Positions 37,099 to 47,304 of a stretch of 64,000 nt of DNA are shown here, in pieces. Source of the stretch: a virus (lineage: Duplodnaviria > Caudoviricetes); the IMG/VR virus record IMGVR_UViG_3300027804_000001, positions 160,001-224,000 of that record. One strand, given 5' to 3'. Numbering within the stretch: position 1 is the stretch's first letter; every line of letters begins with the position of its first letter. The position numbers were made by a program, and so were the translations under genes. The notes beneath the pieces were generated by a model. That model was not told the DNA's origin. It saw nothing but the letters and a program-made list of their open reading frames with translations, and did not search any database.

Positions 37099-37731
37099 TT
37101 AAAATGCTACCCATTTTCCACTTCCATAGTGTGGATATTTTGATTTATACTGATACCAAATTATATCATTAGGTACATCTCTTTTTATGTTATTCCAAGT
37201 TACCTCTGTTGGTGTATATGTTGATACTCCATTATCCTCCACAACAAAATATAATGGTAAATCGAAGTTTCTAGCGTATTTGTGTGTTTCATAAAACAAC
37301 CCACTTTCAAAACTCATATCACCTACAAATACCCAAACTTTTTCGTCACCACCACTTCTTTTAATTCCCATTGCAACACCTAAAGCAATTGATAATGTTC
37401 CACCAACAATTGCAGAAGCATAAAATTTGTCTTTTGGATTACAAACCGTAATTGATTTACCTTTTAATATTTGATCCTCTAACCATGCAGGGCAAATACC
37501 TTTTACCAAAGCATGATAATGTGATCTCCATGTTGAGAAAATCCAATCTGTTGTTTTTATTCTTTTGGATATTTCAATTAACTGTTCCTCATTACCATTT
37601 GATAAATGAACAGGTCCTCTAATTTTACCACCTTCCCAGTGATTTACAATTAAATCTTCAAATTTTATTAAATCTTCTGGTGTTAAATTTTGTTCTCTAA
37701 CTATTGGGTATTGTTCTAAATTTTTAATCAT
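37099..37731 (-). CDS. TPP-dependent E1-alpha-like subunit
   Basis: STWRSHYHAL, IVGG, GDMSFESG...VVEDN TPP motif. Confidence 0.88.
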   Translation of the reverse strand: MIKNLEQYPIVREQNLTPEDLIKFEDLIVNHWEGGKIRGPVHLSNGNEEQLIEISKRIKTTDWIFSTWRSHYHALVKGICPAWLEDQILKGKSITVCNPKDKFYASAIVGGTLSIALGVAMGIKRSGGDEKVWVFVGDMSFESGLFYETHKYARNFDLPLYFVVEDNGVSTYTPTEVTWNNIKRDVPNDIIWYQYKSKYPHYGSGKWVAF

Positions 37732-38285
37732 TTGTCTTTCATTTGAAGTATTGGGTTATTTGTTGGCCATTCTATGTTCCATTTTGGGTCGTTCCATTTT
37801 GCCACTCCGTGATTTATAGAATCTACATATTCACCTTTATAAAACATATTATAATGAAAAACACAATCAGTTAATGCGTAGTGACCATTTGCAAATCCTG
37901 GTGGAACCAATACTTGATTTCTATTTTTTTCTGAGATTAAAAACCAATCCCATTTACCGTATGTTGGTGAATTTTCTCTAACATCTAAAACTACAAGATA
38001 TATGTCACCAACTAATGCTTGTACCAACTTCCATGTTTTATCATCATAATGTAGACCTCTTAAAACATTTTTATATGACTTTGAAAATCTACCGTGAAAA
38101 CTAATTTCATTTTTATCATAATGAATATGTCTCATAACCGGATGTTCTTCACTATGAAATGTTGTAAAAATTTCACCTCTAAATTCTCTAAAGACTGAGG
38201 GTGTGAATATAGGAACCTCACATCCAAAAACTTTAGATGGGTTTTCTTCAAAATCACTCCATTTTTTTTCACTCATATTCCCCAA
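37728..38285 (-). CDS. rmlC: dTDP-4-dehydrorhamnose 3,5-epimerase family
   Basis: RGEIF, NVLRGLH, LDVRENSPTYGKW, VPPGFANGH, WNDP. Confidence 0.9.
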   Translation of the reverse strand: MGNMSEKKWSDFEENPSKVFGCEVPIFTPSVFREFRGEIFTTFHSEEHPVMRHIHYDKNEISFHGRFSKSYKNVLRGLHYDDKTWKLVQALVGDIYLVVLDVRENSPTYGKWDWFLISEKNRNQVLVPPGFANGHYALTDCVFHYNMFYKGEYVDSINHGVAKWNDPKWNIEWPTNNPILQMKDK

Positions 38286-39016
38286 AATTTTTTTCTAATT
38301 TCGTACACATCAAAAGGTTCTCTTTTCATTTGACCACCTTCTCTGATTGGTGCACTTTTTGTTTTATAACTAAGAACAATTGACCTTCTAAATCTGTCAC
38401 TTTTATTATCTTCCGAACCATGCACTAAATGGTCATGTGCAAATAACACATCACCAACTTTACAAACGTGGTTCACTTTATTAAAATGATGATTTTCAGG
38501 CATAACGCAAGCCCTACCTCTTTCATTTCTCCAAAACGATGGATTTGTTTTTGCTCTTTCCTCGTCTATTTCGATTGGTAGTATTGGTAAAAAATGTGAA
38601 CATTCATATGAATATAAACAACCATTTGTTTCATTCATAGAGTCCAAAGATATAATAACATTTATTGACCCACCCCAACCAGATTGAGTATAAAATCCAT
38701 CTTGATGAATATCTCTCCCTAACTCATTTGGGGGTTTGAAATATGCCAAACTTTGTATCCCCTCAATTTCATCTCCCATGATTTTTTCCAGTGTGTCAAT
38801 AATTTGAGGGTGACCGAATAGTTTTAGTATTAATTCAGAATCTTTTTGTGGGTGTGAGTACATGTCATATTCACCCCAAGAAAAATCTTTAGAATTTCTG
38901 ATAACTCTTAACCTATCTAATTCAAATTTTATATCTAAACATTCATACTCCGAAAAAATAGGGAGTATAATAAATCCACGATATTTCCAATTATATAATT
39001 CTTGTTCGTTTAACAT
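38273..39016 (-). CDS. Phytanoyl-CoA dioxygenase (PhyH) family 2OG-Fe(II) enzyme
   Basis: YFKPP, HQD, GDVLF, LVHGS, N-x-S-x-x-x-R. Confidence 0.88.
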   Translation of the reverse strand: MLNEQELYNWKYRGFIILPIFSEYECLDIKFELDRLRVIRNSKDFSWGEYDMYSHPQKDSELILKLFGHPQIIDTLEKIMGDEIEGIQSLAYFKPPNELGRDIHQDGFYTQSGWGGSINVIISLDSMNETNGCLYSYECSHFLPILPIEIDEERAKTNPSFWRNERGRACVMPENHHFNKVNHVCKVGDVLFAHDHLVHGSEDNKSDRFRRSIVLSYKTKSAPIREGGQMKREPFDVYEIRKKFWGI

Positions 39017-39026
39017 AATTGTATTT

Positions 39027-39437
39027 TTATTCCCAACTAATTCCCCAATCTTTAAATTCTGAAGCTAAACAGTCTGTTTTATAATCTTTCCTACCGCCAA
39101 CAATTTCTTGTATTTTATTTTTAGCAGTATTTCTAACACCGTTTAAACCATGTGTTAATTCTAAATTGGTATTTTCAGTTTTACCATACTTTCTGTAGTT
39201 AGATTCATTGTGCCAAATATGTAAATTAGTTTGTGCTAACACAACAATTGCCCTTACGGTATCAGCACTGATTAATTCATCAGTATTTTTTAGAATCAAA
39301 TCTATATCGTGTTTGATATCTCTTATTTCTTGTGCGTATTCCTCTTTATGTTCAGGTATAAACTGTTCTTTTAATTGAGAAATACTTAATCTGTCAACTA
39401 ATTCTGCTAATGTTGGTAGATACTTACGTTCTGACAT
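39027..39437 (-). CDS. Hypothetical helical protein
   Basis: TLAELVDRLSI, IWHNE, NGVRN pattern; inside NDP-sugar operon. Confidence 0.7.
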   Translation of the reverse strand: MSERKYLPTLAELVDRLSISQLKEQFIPEHKEEYAQEIRDIKHDIDLILKNTDELISADTVRAIVVLAQTNLHIWHNESNYRKYGKTENTNLELTHGLNGVRNTAKNKIQEIVGGRKDYKTDCLASEFKDWGISWE

Positions 39438-39440
39438 TTT

Positions 39441-40448
39441 TTATCTGTTTAAAAATTTACGACCTTTATTTATTCTATCTCTCCAATAATCCAAAAGGTC
39501 GTCCATTGTCTTATTGAATGGTATTAACGGTCTCCATCCCGTTAATTCACTAAATTTAGTTATATCTGGTATTTGTAAATCCGCATCAATTGGTCTTAGT
39601 CTACTTACATCTGTTACTATTTCAATATCTTTAACTGTTGACTTAGATAAAAAATAATTCAAGGTATCACCAACCTTACAGGTGTATGTGCCACCTATGT
39701 TATAATATTCACCAGGTATTGGGTTAATATTTAACAACATCCAATATGCTCTCACGGCGTCTCTAACATCTGCGTAAGTTCTTAATGAATCTAAATTACC
39801 AACCAATATTTTAGGTTCTTGTAAACCATTTTCAATCATTGCAATTTGTTTTGCAAATGTTGATTCGTGGAAAACATCTCCTCTTCTTGGTCCTGTGTGG
39901 GTAAACATTCTTGTTGTCATTACCTTCATCTTATAAGCCTCACCATAGTAACGACCAATTAAATCGGTACCTACTTTTGATATTGCATATGGTGATGCAG
40001 GGTGTAAAGAACATTCTTCATTAATTGGTAATTTATCCTTTGTAACTCTACCAAAAATCTCACTTGACGCACAAACATGTATCCTTGCATTTTTATAAGG
40101 AGATTTTCTAAGAGCCTCTAATAAATTTGCGGTACCTAATATATTTGTTTGTAATGTTTCTAAAGGTGAATCAAAACTTGTTTGTGGGTAAGATTGTGCA
40201 CCTAAATGAAACACAAAATCGGGTTTTGAGATTTCAATTGCATTAACAATAGATGCATAGTCATTTAAGTCACCATAAATTAATTCTACTCGTTCCTTTT
40301 TGTTTATGATGTCAGTTAAATGTTCTATGTTGTCCATAGATTCATTCCATCTACAGAAACCATAAATTTTAATGGACGGTTTTTCTAATAAGAAATCCAA
40401 CATATGTGAACCAACCATTCCTAAAACACCTGTTATCAATATGTTCAT
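39441..40448 (-). CDS. gmd: GDP-mannose 4,6-dehydratase
   Basis: FHLGAQSY, ASSEIFG, SPYAISK, GNLDSLRTYADVRD, LRPID. Confidence 0.85.
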   Translation of the reverse strand: MNILITGVLGMVGSHMLDFLLEKPSIKIYGFCRWNESMDNIEHLTDIINKKERVELIYGDLNDYASIVNAIEISKPDFVFHLGAQSYPQTSFDSPLETLQTNILGTANLLEALRKSPYKNARIHVCASSEIFGRVTKDKLPINEECSLHPASPYAISKVGTDLIGRYYGEAYKMKVMTTRMFTHTGPRRGDVFHESTFAKQIAMIENGLQEPKILVGNLDSLRTYADVRDAVRAYWMLLNINPIPGEYYNIGGTYTCKVGDTLNYFLSKSTVKDIEIVTDVSRLRPIDADLQIPDITKFSELTGWRPLIPFNKTMDDLLDYWRDRINKGRKFLNR

Positions 40449-41464
40449 TTATAATAAAATTTTTTTAACTTATCGTTTTCAAAAGCCCAATCAAAATCCT
40501 CTTTGTATTTTTCATATAATACGTAAAATTCTTGAGGAATGGTAGTGTTTTCTTCAATAATTTTTATTGCAGTGGAAATATTCTTTTCTAATTTATCCTT
40601 AACTTTAAGGTATAAATCATAATAGTTCATATCTTTTATTCTAATTAAGTTTGACATAATCCCATCCAATCTTTTATCTAAAGATTCTTCATTATCAAAA
40701 TCGTAGTCAAAAATCTCATCATATAATTCAAAACCATATTTTTTAAGGTTGGAGTGGAATCCCTTAATACTGACAACCAAAAAAATTTGTCCTAGTAATA
40801 ATGGTTTTGCCGTTTTTTCCGTCAGAAAAAAATAAATGTTATGGTTATTACATATAGTTTCGGTTACCAAATTTACCAGTGGGTTTCCATTATTCATTGA
40901 TAACCAATGTTGATTGGCTCCACTATCATATTCATGTGTATCATCTATTTTTACAATTTTTTGTTCCCAACATTTAAAATCATAAAGATGGTCGTCTTTA
41001 ATTAACCAAGATATCACTCCATAATCCAACAAATTGGATTTACATAGTTTATCAATTGTCATTGATCTATGTGGTTTTATGTGGTTATTTAAACAAATGA
41101 ATAATTTCTCGTAAACTCTTTTATCAATGTCCTCTTTAATTAATTTATATGTATCAAGTTGTGTATGGTATATACTGTTGAAAAAATATTGGGGGATGAA
41201 TATAAATTTAAACTTATTATATTTTCCATATTTTTCAAACACAATATCCTGCTTTTCAATACCTAAGAAAACATATAAGTCAATATTTTTACTATCTAAG
41301 AAATTATTAAAATCATTTAAAATTTCATTAAAAAATATGTCATATTCTCTAATGTAATCCCACACAATTATTTCCGGATTAAGTGTATTAATGTCATCCA
41401 AAATTTTTGAATAATCTTGGTGATTACTGCACCCACCAAACTTTATGAAATAAACTTTATTCAT
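40445..41464 (-). CDS. Unnamed GT-like family member (copy 2 of 5)
   Basis: FICLNN...HR, VNLVTET, LTEKTAKP, YGFELY...FDNE. Confidence 0.55.
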   Translation of the reverse strand: MNKVYFIKFGGCSNHQDYSKILDDINTLNPEIIVWDYIREYDIFFNEILNDFNNFLDSKNIDLYVFLGIEKQDIVFEKYGKYNKFKFIFIPQYFFNSIYHTQLDTYKLIKEDIDKRVYEKLFICLNNHIKPHRSMTIDKLCKSNLLDYGVISWLIKDDHLYDFKCWEQKIVKIDDTHEYDSGANQHWLSMNNGNPLVNLVTETICNNHNIYFFLTEKTAKPLLLGQIFLVVSIKGFHSNLKKYGFELYDEIFDYDFDNEESLDKRLDGIMSNLIRIKDMNYYDLYLKVKDKLEKNISTAIKIIEENTTIPQEFYVLYEKYKEDFDWAFENDKLKKFYYK

Positions 41465-42161
41465 TTGAAAATTTTATGTACAAATATTCAGAAAACAATC
41501 TATTCATTTTGAAACTCCAATGTGTATCAAAATCGGATCCATGTTTACCATTAGTTTGTATATAAACATCTTTATGTGTTTCCCACATACCAATATTCTT
41601 TGTTAAAATTTCTCTGTCTTCAATAATCTGAGATTTGAAATCCATTGTGTCCCAAGAAAATATATATTTTTTTCCTTTAGTTAAATTATAAAGAGATTCA
41701 ATAACTTCAATTGAATTCAATTGATTTGCCATAGAGGCGTTGATTATTTCTTGTGTTTTTAAATCATTCTCATATTTTTTCCAATCATACTGATTACCAA
41801 AGGTTTCAATATCACTATAAAGATTATTGTATGATGGGGTACCAATAAATCTATTTACGTATTTAACAACACTATTTTCAAAAACCTGATAATTTTTTTC
41901 TGATAATGGTAATCTTGTTCTTTTGAAATATGGAATACAAATAACCAAATAATCGTTTGGGGTGACTAATGATATTATTTTAATCCAATTGTCGATTATT
42001 GTTTGAACATCTCTACTTGGTTCTCCGTCACATATAAGATTGACATCTAACCTTTTAGATAAGTCACCAGCCCAAAAACACCTATTTTCATTTAAAGTCG
42101 GTTTTATGTATGTACATTCTCTACAAAAACTATCACCAATTACAAATAAATTATTTTTCAT
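41457..42161 (-). CDS. SGNH-hydrolase-like protein
   Basis: VIGDSFC, DTHWS; paralog of 6829..7584. Confidence 0.55.
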   Translation of the reverse strand: MKNNLFVIGDSFCRECTYIKPTLNENRCFWAGDLSKRLDVNLICDGEPSRDVQTIIDNWIKIISLVTPNDYLVICIPYFKRTRLPLSEKNYQVFENSVVKYVNRFIGTPSYNNLYSDIETFGNQYDWKKYENDLKTQEIINASMANQLNSIEVIESLYNLTKGKKYIFSWDTMDFKSQIIEDREILTKNIGMWETHKDVYIQTNGKHGSDFDTHWSFKMNRLFSEYLYIKFSNE

Positions 42162-43107
42162 TATTCATATACCATTCAATGGTTTCTTTTATTCCTTCTT
42201 CAAAACTATATTTTGGTACAAAACCTAACTCATTCTTTATTCTATCGGTACTAACCGCTCTAAATGGAATTGTGGTGGGTTTAGTATCATCCCAAATAAC
42301 TTCAGGTGTTTTACCTGTTATTTTTAAAATTGTGTCTAATATTTCACCAATTGTAATTCCATCACCATAACCTAAGTTATATGGTTTCATTGATTCACCT
42401 TTTTCTAAAATCAATAACGCACCTTCAACAACATCTTTAACATACAAAAAATCTCTAACAACATCGGGTGAACCCCAAGCAGTAAATGGATTTTCATCGT
42501 CAAGTATTCGTTTGATTAATGCAGGAACTACGTGACAATTTTTTAAATTAAAGTTATCGTGTGGACCAAATATTGCTGTACATCTTGCAAGTGCAATTTC
42601 TAAACCAGAAAATTTAGAGACATGTTCCATTAATTTTTCTCTATATCTCCTCATCCATCCGTAACCAAAATAAGATTGGTATGGTTCACCATCCCAATAC
42701 TCTTCTTCTGTTATTGGTCTTCTTATATCGGGATATCCAGTTGAGCTATTTAAATCTAAAAATCTTTTTACTTTATTTTTTGCAGAAGCCTCTAACACAT
42801 TACCAATTAAATTAAGTTGTTTTAATGATATCTGTACATCAGTTGGTACTGATGATGGATGTGCAATCTCACCTGCACAATGAATAACGTAATCTGCACC
42901 CTCAGTTAATTTTACACAATCCTCTAATTTCATTAAATCGATATCATGAAATACTTGTATGTGATTGTGTTCAAATTTTAATTCTTTCTTGTGTATGGAT
43001 GTCCTAATGTAAGCACCAGTCTCAACCAGTTCTTTTAAGAAATGTGTACCTATAAAACCAGAACCGCCAGTCACCACCACTTTTTTACCTTTAAGAAAAT
43101 TATTCAT
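42151..43107 (-). CDS. NAD-dependent epimerase/reductase (GDP-fucose/colitose synthase-like)
   Basis: GGSGFIG, HCAG, YGWMR, FGPHDNF, HVVPALI, RDFLYVKD. Confidence 0.85.
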   Translation of the reverse strand: MNNFLKGKKVVVTGGSGFIGTHFLKELVETGAYIRTSIHKKELKFEHNHIQVFHDIDLMKLEDCVKLTEGADYVIHCAGEIAHPSSVPTDVQISLKQLNLIGNVLEASAKNKVKRFLDLNSSTGYPDIRRPITEEEYWDGEPYQSYFGYGWMRRYREKLMEHVSKFSGLEIALARCTAIFGPHDNFNLKNCHVVPALIKRILDDENPFTAWGSPDVVRDFLYVKDVVEGALLILEKGESMKPYNLGYGDGITIGEILDTILKITGKTPEVIWDDTKPTTIPFRAVSTDRIKNELGFVPKYSFEEGIKETIEWYMNNEK

Positions 43108-43780
43108 AATATCTTTTTAAATTTTTTATCGAACTATTTTTGAATTTATTAAATAACTCGTAAATTGGCCTTCTATAATCATAATTTGAATTATACGTGT
43201 AATCCCCAAACAATGATTTAGATTTAAAATATTTTTTTACTTTAGATAACTCTACTCCCTCATTAGGAACAAAATCAAGGTTCCCCGTTAAATTCCATAT
43301 ATCAAAATTCATTATAAAATCTAACATATCCTCCATTAAAATATAATGAAAAAATGATTTATCTGATAATGTAATAATCTCATTGTTTTTAATTTTTTCA
43401 ATATGATTTTTTTTCATCGTTGGTCCAATCAAAGTTGGGCATCTAAGAATTAAATCTCTTTTGTCCATCATTGATTCAGAAAGTTTTTTAAATAAAGAAT
43501 AGGTTGTGTGATTTTCTTGGTAAACATCAACAGATGAAATATATATGAACTTTTGACACTTTAAATTTTTTAATTTTTGTGTCAAAAATATGTTATCGTC
43601 AATATATTTTTTATAGTCGGTTATATCGTTTTCCTTATTGAATGCACAATGAACAATAACATCATATTGGTTGTCTTTAATAGAATCAAAATTGTTTCTA
43701 TCTAAACCAAAAGAGTTGGGTATTCTTTCATGTAAAAATTTACCCAACCCACTGTTAACACCTGTTATTAAAATTTTCAT
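43100..43780 (-). CDS. Short NAD-dependent epimerase/SDR
   Basis: GVNSGLG, YISSVDVY, YSLFK. Confidence 0.78.
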   Translation of the reverse strand: MKILITGVNSGLGKFLHERIPNSFGLDRNNFDSIKDNQYDVIVHCAFNKENDITDYKKYIDDNIFLTQKLKNLKCQKFIYISSVDVYQENHTTYSLFKKLSESMMDKRDLILRCPTLIGPTMKKNHIEKIKNNEIITLSDKSFFHYILMEDMLDFIMNFDIWNLTGNLDFVPNEGVELSKVKKYFKSKSLFGDYTYNSNYDYRRPIYELFNKFKNSSIKNLKRYYE

Positions 43781-44751
43781 TAGTGATGTACAAAAGGATT
43801 ATATCTCTTATCAATTATTTCCTTATTATTTAAAAACCATTCAGTAGTTAATTTAATACCTTCATCCAGACTAACATGATTTCCCAATCCATGTTTTTCC
43901 ATTCTTTCCGTACTCATTAATCTTTTTGCATCTCCACTTGGCATATCACTTAACCATTTAACCTCTATGTTACGACCTGAATATTTTAAAATAATATCCA
44001 CTAAATTTTTAATCGAGTGTCCACCGCCAGAACCTAAATTAATAGGTTCTGTAATTTTATTTTCAACTACTTTCAACATTCCTTTTGCAACATCATCCGC
44101 ATAAATAAAGTCGCGAATAGGTGTTCCATCACCAAAGACTTCAAGCACATCACTTTCCTGTGCTTTTCTTATAAGTGATGGTATCACCATCGCGTTTTGA
44201 GGATTGAAATTATCATATGGACCATAAACATTAGCAGGTCTTACAATTGAAATTCTATCCCACCCATATTGTTTACTGTATGTTTCAGTTTGTAATTCAC
44301 CAATCCTTTTTGCCCAACCAGCATATTTGTCATTTGGTGATGGAAAAGTACTCCAAACAGATTCTTCATAAAAAACTTCCGCAGGTGAATAGACACCAAC
44401 AGAGCTGGTGTATAGATACCACTTAACATTTGATTCAAATGCCGCTTGTGTCATGTTTGTATTAAATTGTAACATAGGAACCATAAAGTCTACCGGTTGT
44501 TCAATACACATTTTAGGTGAACCCTTTACCCCCGCCAAATGAAATACATAATCTTTTCCTTTACATATGTCCAAACAATTGTCAAAGAATCTTAAATCAA
44601 CTTGGGTGAATTCAACACTTTCAGGTAAATCTACAGGTTTAGTTAAATCGGCAATAGTTACTATTGCACCTCTTTGTAATAAAAGATTTACAAGTGATCT
44701 ACCAATCATTCCTGATCCACCCGTTACTAATACTTTCTGATTCTCAAACAT
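43780..44751 (-). CDS. NAD-dependent epimerase/reductase (GDP-fucose synthase / GDP-Man epimerase-like)
   Basis: GGSGMIG, HLAG, YAGWAKR, NVYGPYDNF, VIPSLI, RDFIYADD. Confidence 0.87.
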   Translation of the reverse strand: MFENQKVLVTGGSGMIGRSLVNLLLQRGAIVTIADLTKPVDLPESVEFTQVDLRFFDNCLDICKGKDYVFHLAGVKGSPKMCIEQPVDFMVPMLQFNTNMTQAAFESNVKWYLYTSSVGVYSPAEVFYEESVWSTFPSPNDKYAGWAKRIGELQTETYSKQYGWDRISIVRPANVYGPYDNFNPQNAMVIPSLIRKAQESDVLEVFGDGTPIRDFIYADDVAKGMLKVVENKITEPINLGSGGGHSIKNLVDIILKYSGRNIEVKWLSDMPSGDAKRLMSTERMEKHGLGNHVSLDEGIKLTTEWFLNNKEIIDKRYNPFVHH

Positions 44752-45925
44752 TGTTTAATTTTTTTGTTAAGTTTATAATTTGTTCATCTGTTAAATCCGT
44801 ATGATTTCCAATATAAAGTGAATAGTTGTGTACATAATTAACATTTTTTAATTCACCAACAATTCTATGTTCACATTTTTCTAAATAAGGTTGTAATACT
44901 TGATTTCCTCCTCCAGATGTACCTAATCTATATTCTACACCCTCGAAAAATAAAATATCACATACACTACTATAATCATCATTAACTTTAAAACTATCTA
45001 TGTAATTTGGTTTCATTATTAATGGTAACGCAAAATTACTATTACCCTCTAAATCAAATTCGGTGATAAATTTATTACCATCCAAATTATTTAACCAAAC
45101 ATCAAGATTATGTTTTCTTTTTTCAACATTGTAATCAATCCTTTTCATTTGTTCGATACCCAAAACGGCATTCATTTCTGTACTTCTCATATTAAATCCA
45201 GGAACAACAAAAGTAAAAAGTGGATTTAAATTTGGATATTCTCTTTGGTAATATTGTTGTGTCTGTTGTGAGACTTCTCTTGTCATACCATGTGATCTGA
45301 AAAGTCTCGCCAATTCATTAATTTTTTCGTTGTTTGTTGAAATCATACCACCTTCTACAGTTGTTATGTGGTGACCAAAGAAAAATGAGAAAATTGACAT
45401 ATCACCAAATGTACCAACTTTTTGTCCTTTATGACAAGCACCGTGTGATTCACAACAATCTTCAATTAATAAGATATTTTTTTCTTTTGCAATTTGAATT
45501 AATTCGTCATCTATAGCATTAAAACCTAAACAATGAACAATAACAATTGCTTTTGTTTCATCGGTAATTGCTTTTTTAATATTTTCAGTTGTAATTGATA
45601 AATTACTTAGAGAAATATCCACAAAAACCGGTTTCATTCCGAGTTGAACAATTGATGATACATCTGAAACCCAACCCAATGGTGGTACTATTACTTCACC
45701 AATACCTAATAATTCTTTTACTATTGCAATAGAAATATAGTTTCCTGATGAACCCGAATTTATCATTGTTGAGTTTTTTACACCCAACCATTTAGACCAT
45801 ATACTTTCAAATTCTTTAACTTTCTCACCATTAGTTAATCTTTGGTTTGATAATAAAAACTCACTAAGTGCCACTCTGTCCGTGTTTGAAATATTGTCAT
45901 TTATAAGGGGCCATTTAAAATTCAT
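44744..45925 (-). CDS. DegT-fold PLP enzyme with His in place of catalytic Lys (ColD-type NDP-4-keto-6-deoxysugar 3-dehydratase-like)
   Basis: NSGSSGN, EDCCESHG, SFFFGHHITTVEGG, PGFNMR. Confidence 0.82.
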   Translation of the reverse strand: MNFKWPLINDNISNTDRVALSEFLLSNQRLTNGEKVKEFESIWSKWLGVKNSTMINSGSSGNYISIAIVKELLGIGEVIVPPLGWVSDVSSIVQLGMKPVFVDISLSNLSITTENIKKAITDETKAIVIVHCLGFNAIDDELIQIAKEKNILLIEDCCESHGACHKGQKVGTFGDMSIFSFFFGHHITTVEGGMISTNNEKINELARLFRSHGMTREVSQQTQQYYQREYPNLNPLFTFVVPGFNMRSTEMNAVLGIEQMKRIDYNVEKRKHNLDVWLNNLDGNKFITEFDLEGNSNFALPLIMKPNYIDSFKVNDDYSSVCDILFFEGVEYRLGTSGGGNQVLQPYLEKCEHRIVGELKNVNYVHNYSLYIGNHTDLTDEQIINLTKKLNNV

Positions 45926-45931
45926 ATTTAA

Positions 45932-45959
45932 AATATATTAAAAAAAGAGGAAAAATCAA
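45932..45959 (-). promoter_or_regulatory. sigma70-like promoter, leaderless
   Basis: TTGATT-N16-TATATT, 6 nt before ATG 45925. Confidence 0.55.
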
Positions 45960-46687
45960 AGATTGTCCAATGAATTATTCAAAATTGACTCTAAAAGATA
46001 TGGTGAGATGTTTATTGGATTATGTACACCCAATGGGTTTGGATAAAAAATGTTCTCAACACTAAATTTCATTGCAGTTTCTATATCAGGTAAATTATAC
46101 CCATCTAACCATTTGACAAAAAAGATATCCTCCCATCTGGGTTCATAATCTTTATGGTTTTTAGATATTTCCAACATAACATCTTTAGTCCTTAGAGATA
46201 AACCACCATTACCTATAAATTTATTTTCTTTAGGTTTTGTCCAAGGTGCACCGATATAATCATATTCTAAAAATTGTTCTACTCCGAATCTCAAAAGCAA
46301 TGTGTCTAACTGAAATGTTAAAACTTTTTTTCCTTTAACAAGACTCCAAAATTCATTTGATTTCATGTATTGATTATATTCTATTTTGGTGAAATCTTTA
46401 ACCCCGATGTTTATGAATTCTACATTTTTAATATCTTTTAAAATATCATACATAAAATCTTGGTTATCAATACCATGAAAAACCTGTAATCCCCATTTAA
46501 TGTTTGAATTATTCTCATTTAAAAAATATAAATGATTTTTTATTATAGATAACGTTTTTGTATCAATTCTAGGTTCAACATAAACAGCATAATAATCTGT
46601 TTCACTTGGTAAAACTGGTGAATAATTCTCCGTTTTTTTTGTGAAACTTTTTAAATATTTTTCAATTAAAAATTCTTGTGATGTCAT
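45956..46687 (-). CDS. DUF5672-like putative glycosyltransferase
   Basis: FQLD, YDYIGAPW, GNGGLSLR, EDIFF, FSVE, GVH. Confidence 0.8.
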   Translation of the reverse strand: MTSQEFLIEKYLKSFTKKTENYSPVLPSETDYYAVYVEPRIDTKTLSIIKNHLYFLNENNSNIKWGLQVFHGIDNQDFMYDILKDIKNVEFINIGVKDFTKIEYNQYMKSNEFWSLVKGKKVLTFQLDTLLLRFGVEQFLEYDYIGAPWTKPKENKFIGNGGLSLRTKDVMLEISKNHKDYEPRWEDIFFVKWLDGYNLPDIETAMKFSVENIFYPNPLGVHNPINISPYLLESILNNSLDNL

Positions 46688-47304
46688 ATCTTATCAATAA
46701 TACTATTATATATGTAATCACCTATAATTTTATATCCTAATAGATTTGGATGGTAATCTCCTTCCCAAAATTTTCTACCGTCGTTCCAAACACTTCTACT
46801 ACCATATTCCCAAACCGAAACGTTATTTTTAATTTCATATTCTTTTAGAATATCTGAAACACAACCATCAGGGTTTATGAATGATTTTGGTAATAGTGAC
46901 GTGTCAAAATTTTCTTCTTTAAACGTTGGGTAAAATGAGTTAAAATAAAAATGTTTATAATTTTTTAATAATTTTTCAAATTCCCAAAATAATTTTATTA
47001 AATCATAGTTATCTTTTGCATAACGATATGGATAAGAAAACATAACAATTATAATATCGTCTTCTTCCAAGAAGTTACTCTTAATCGTATCCTTTAAGTC
47101 ATTTGAGATAAAAACATTACCATAACCACAGACACCCATATTGACATATTCTATATCCAATTTTTCAGCAGCCCATCTTGGCCAAGAATTTTGATTTCTT
47201 AGTTTTTCAATGAATTTAGGTGCTTGTGCAATTTCTTTGTATTTTACTAAAGTTTCAACTCCGTGACCTGCGGTCCAACTATCTCCATAACACACTAATC
47301 TCAT
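46684..47304 (-). CDS. SGNH-hydrolase-like protein
   Basis: CYGDSWTAG, NMGVCGYGN, DYHPNLLGY. Confidence 0.7.
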   Translation of the reverse strand: MRLVCYGDSWTAGHGVETLVKYKEIAQAPKFIEKLRNQNSWPRWAAEKLDIEYVNMGVCGYGNVFISNDLKDTIKSNFLEEDDIIIVMFSYPYRYAKDNYDLIKLFWEFEKLLKNYKHFYFNSFYPTFKEENFDTSLLPKSFINPDGCVSDILKEYEIKNNVSVWEYGSRSVWNDGRKFWEGDYHPNLLGYKIIGDYIYNSIIDKI

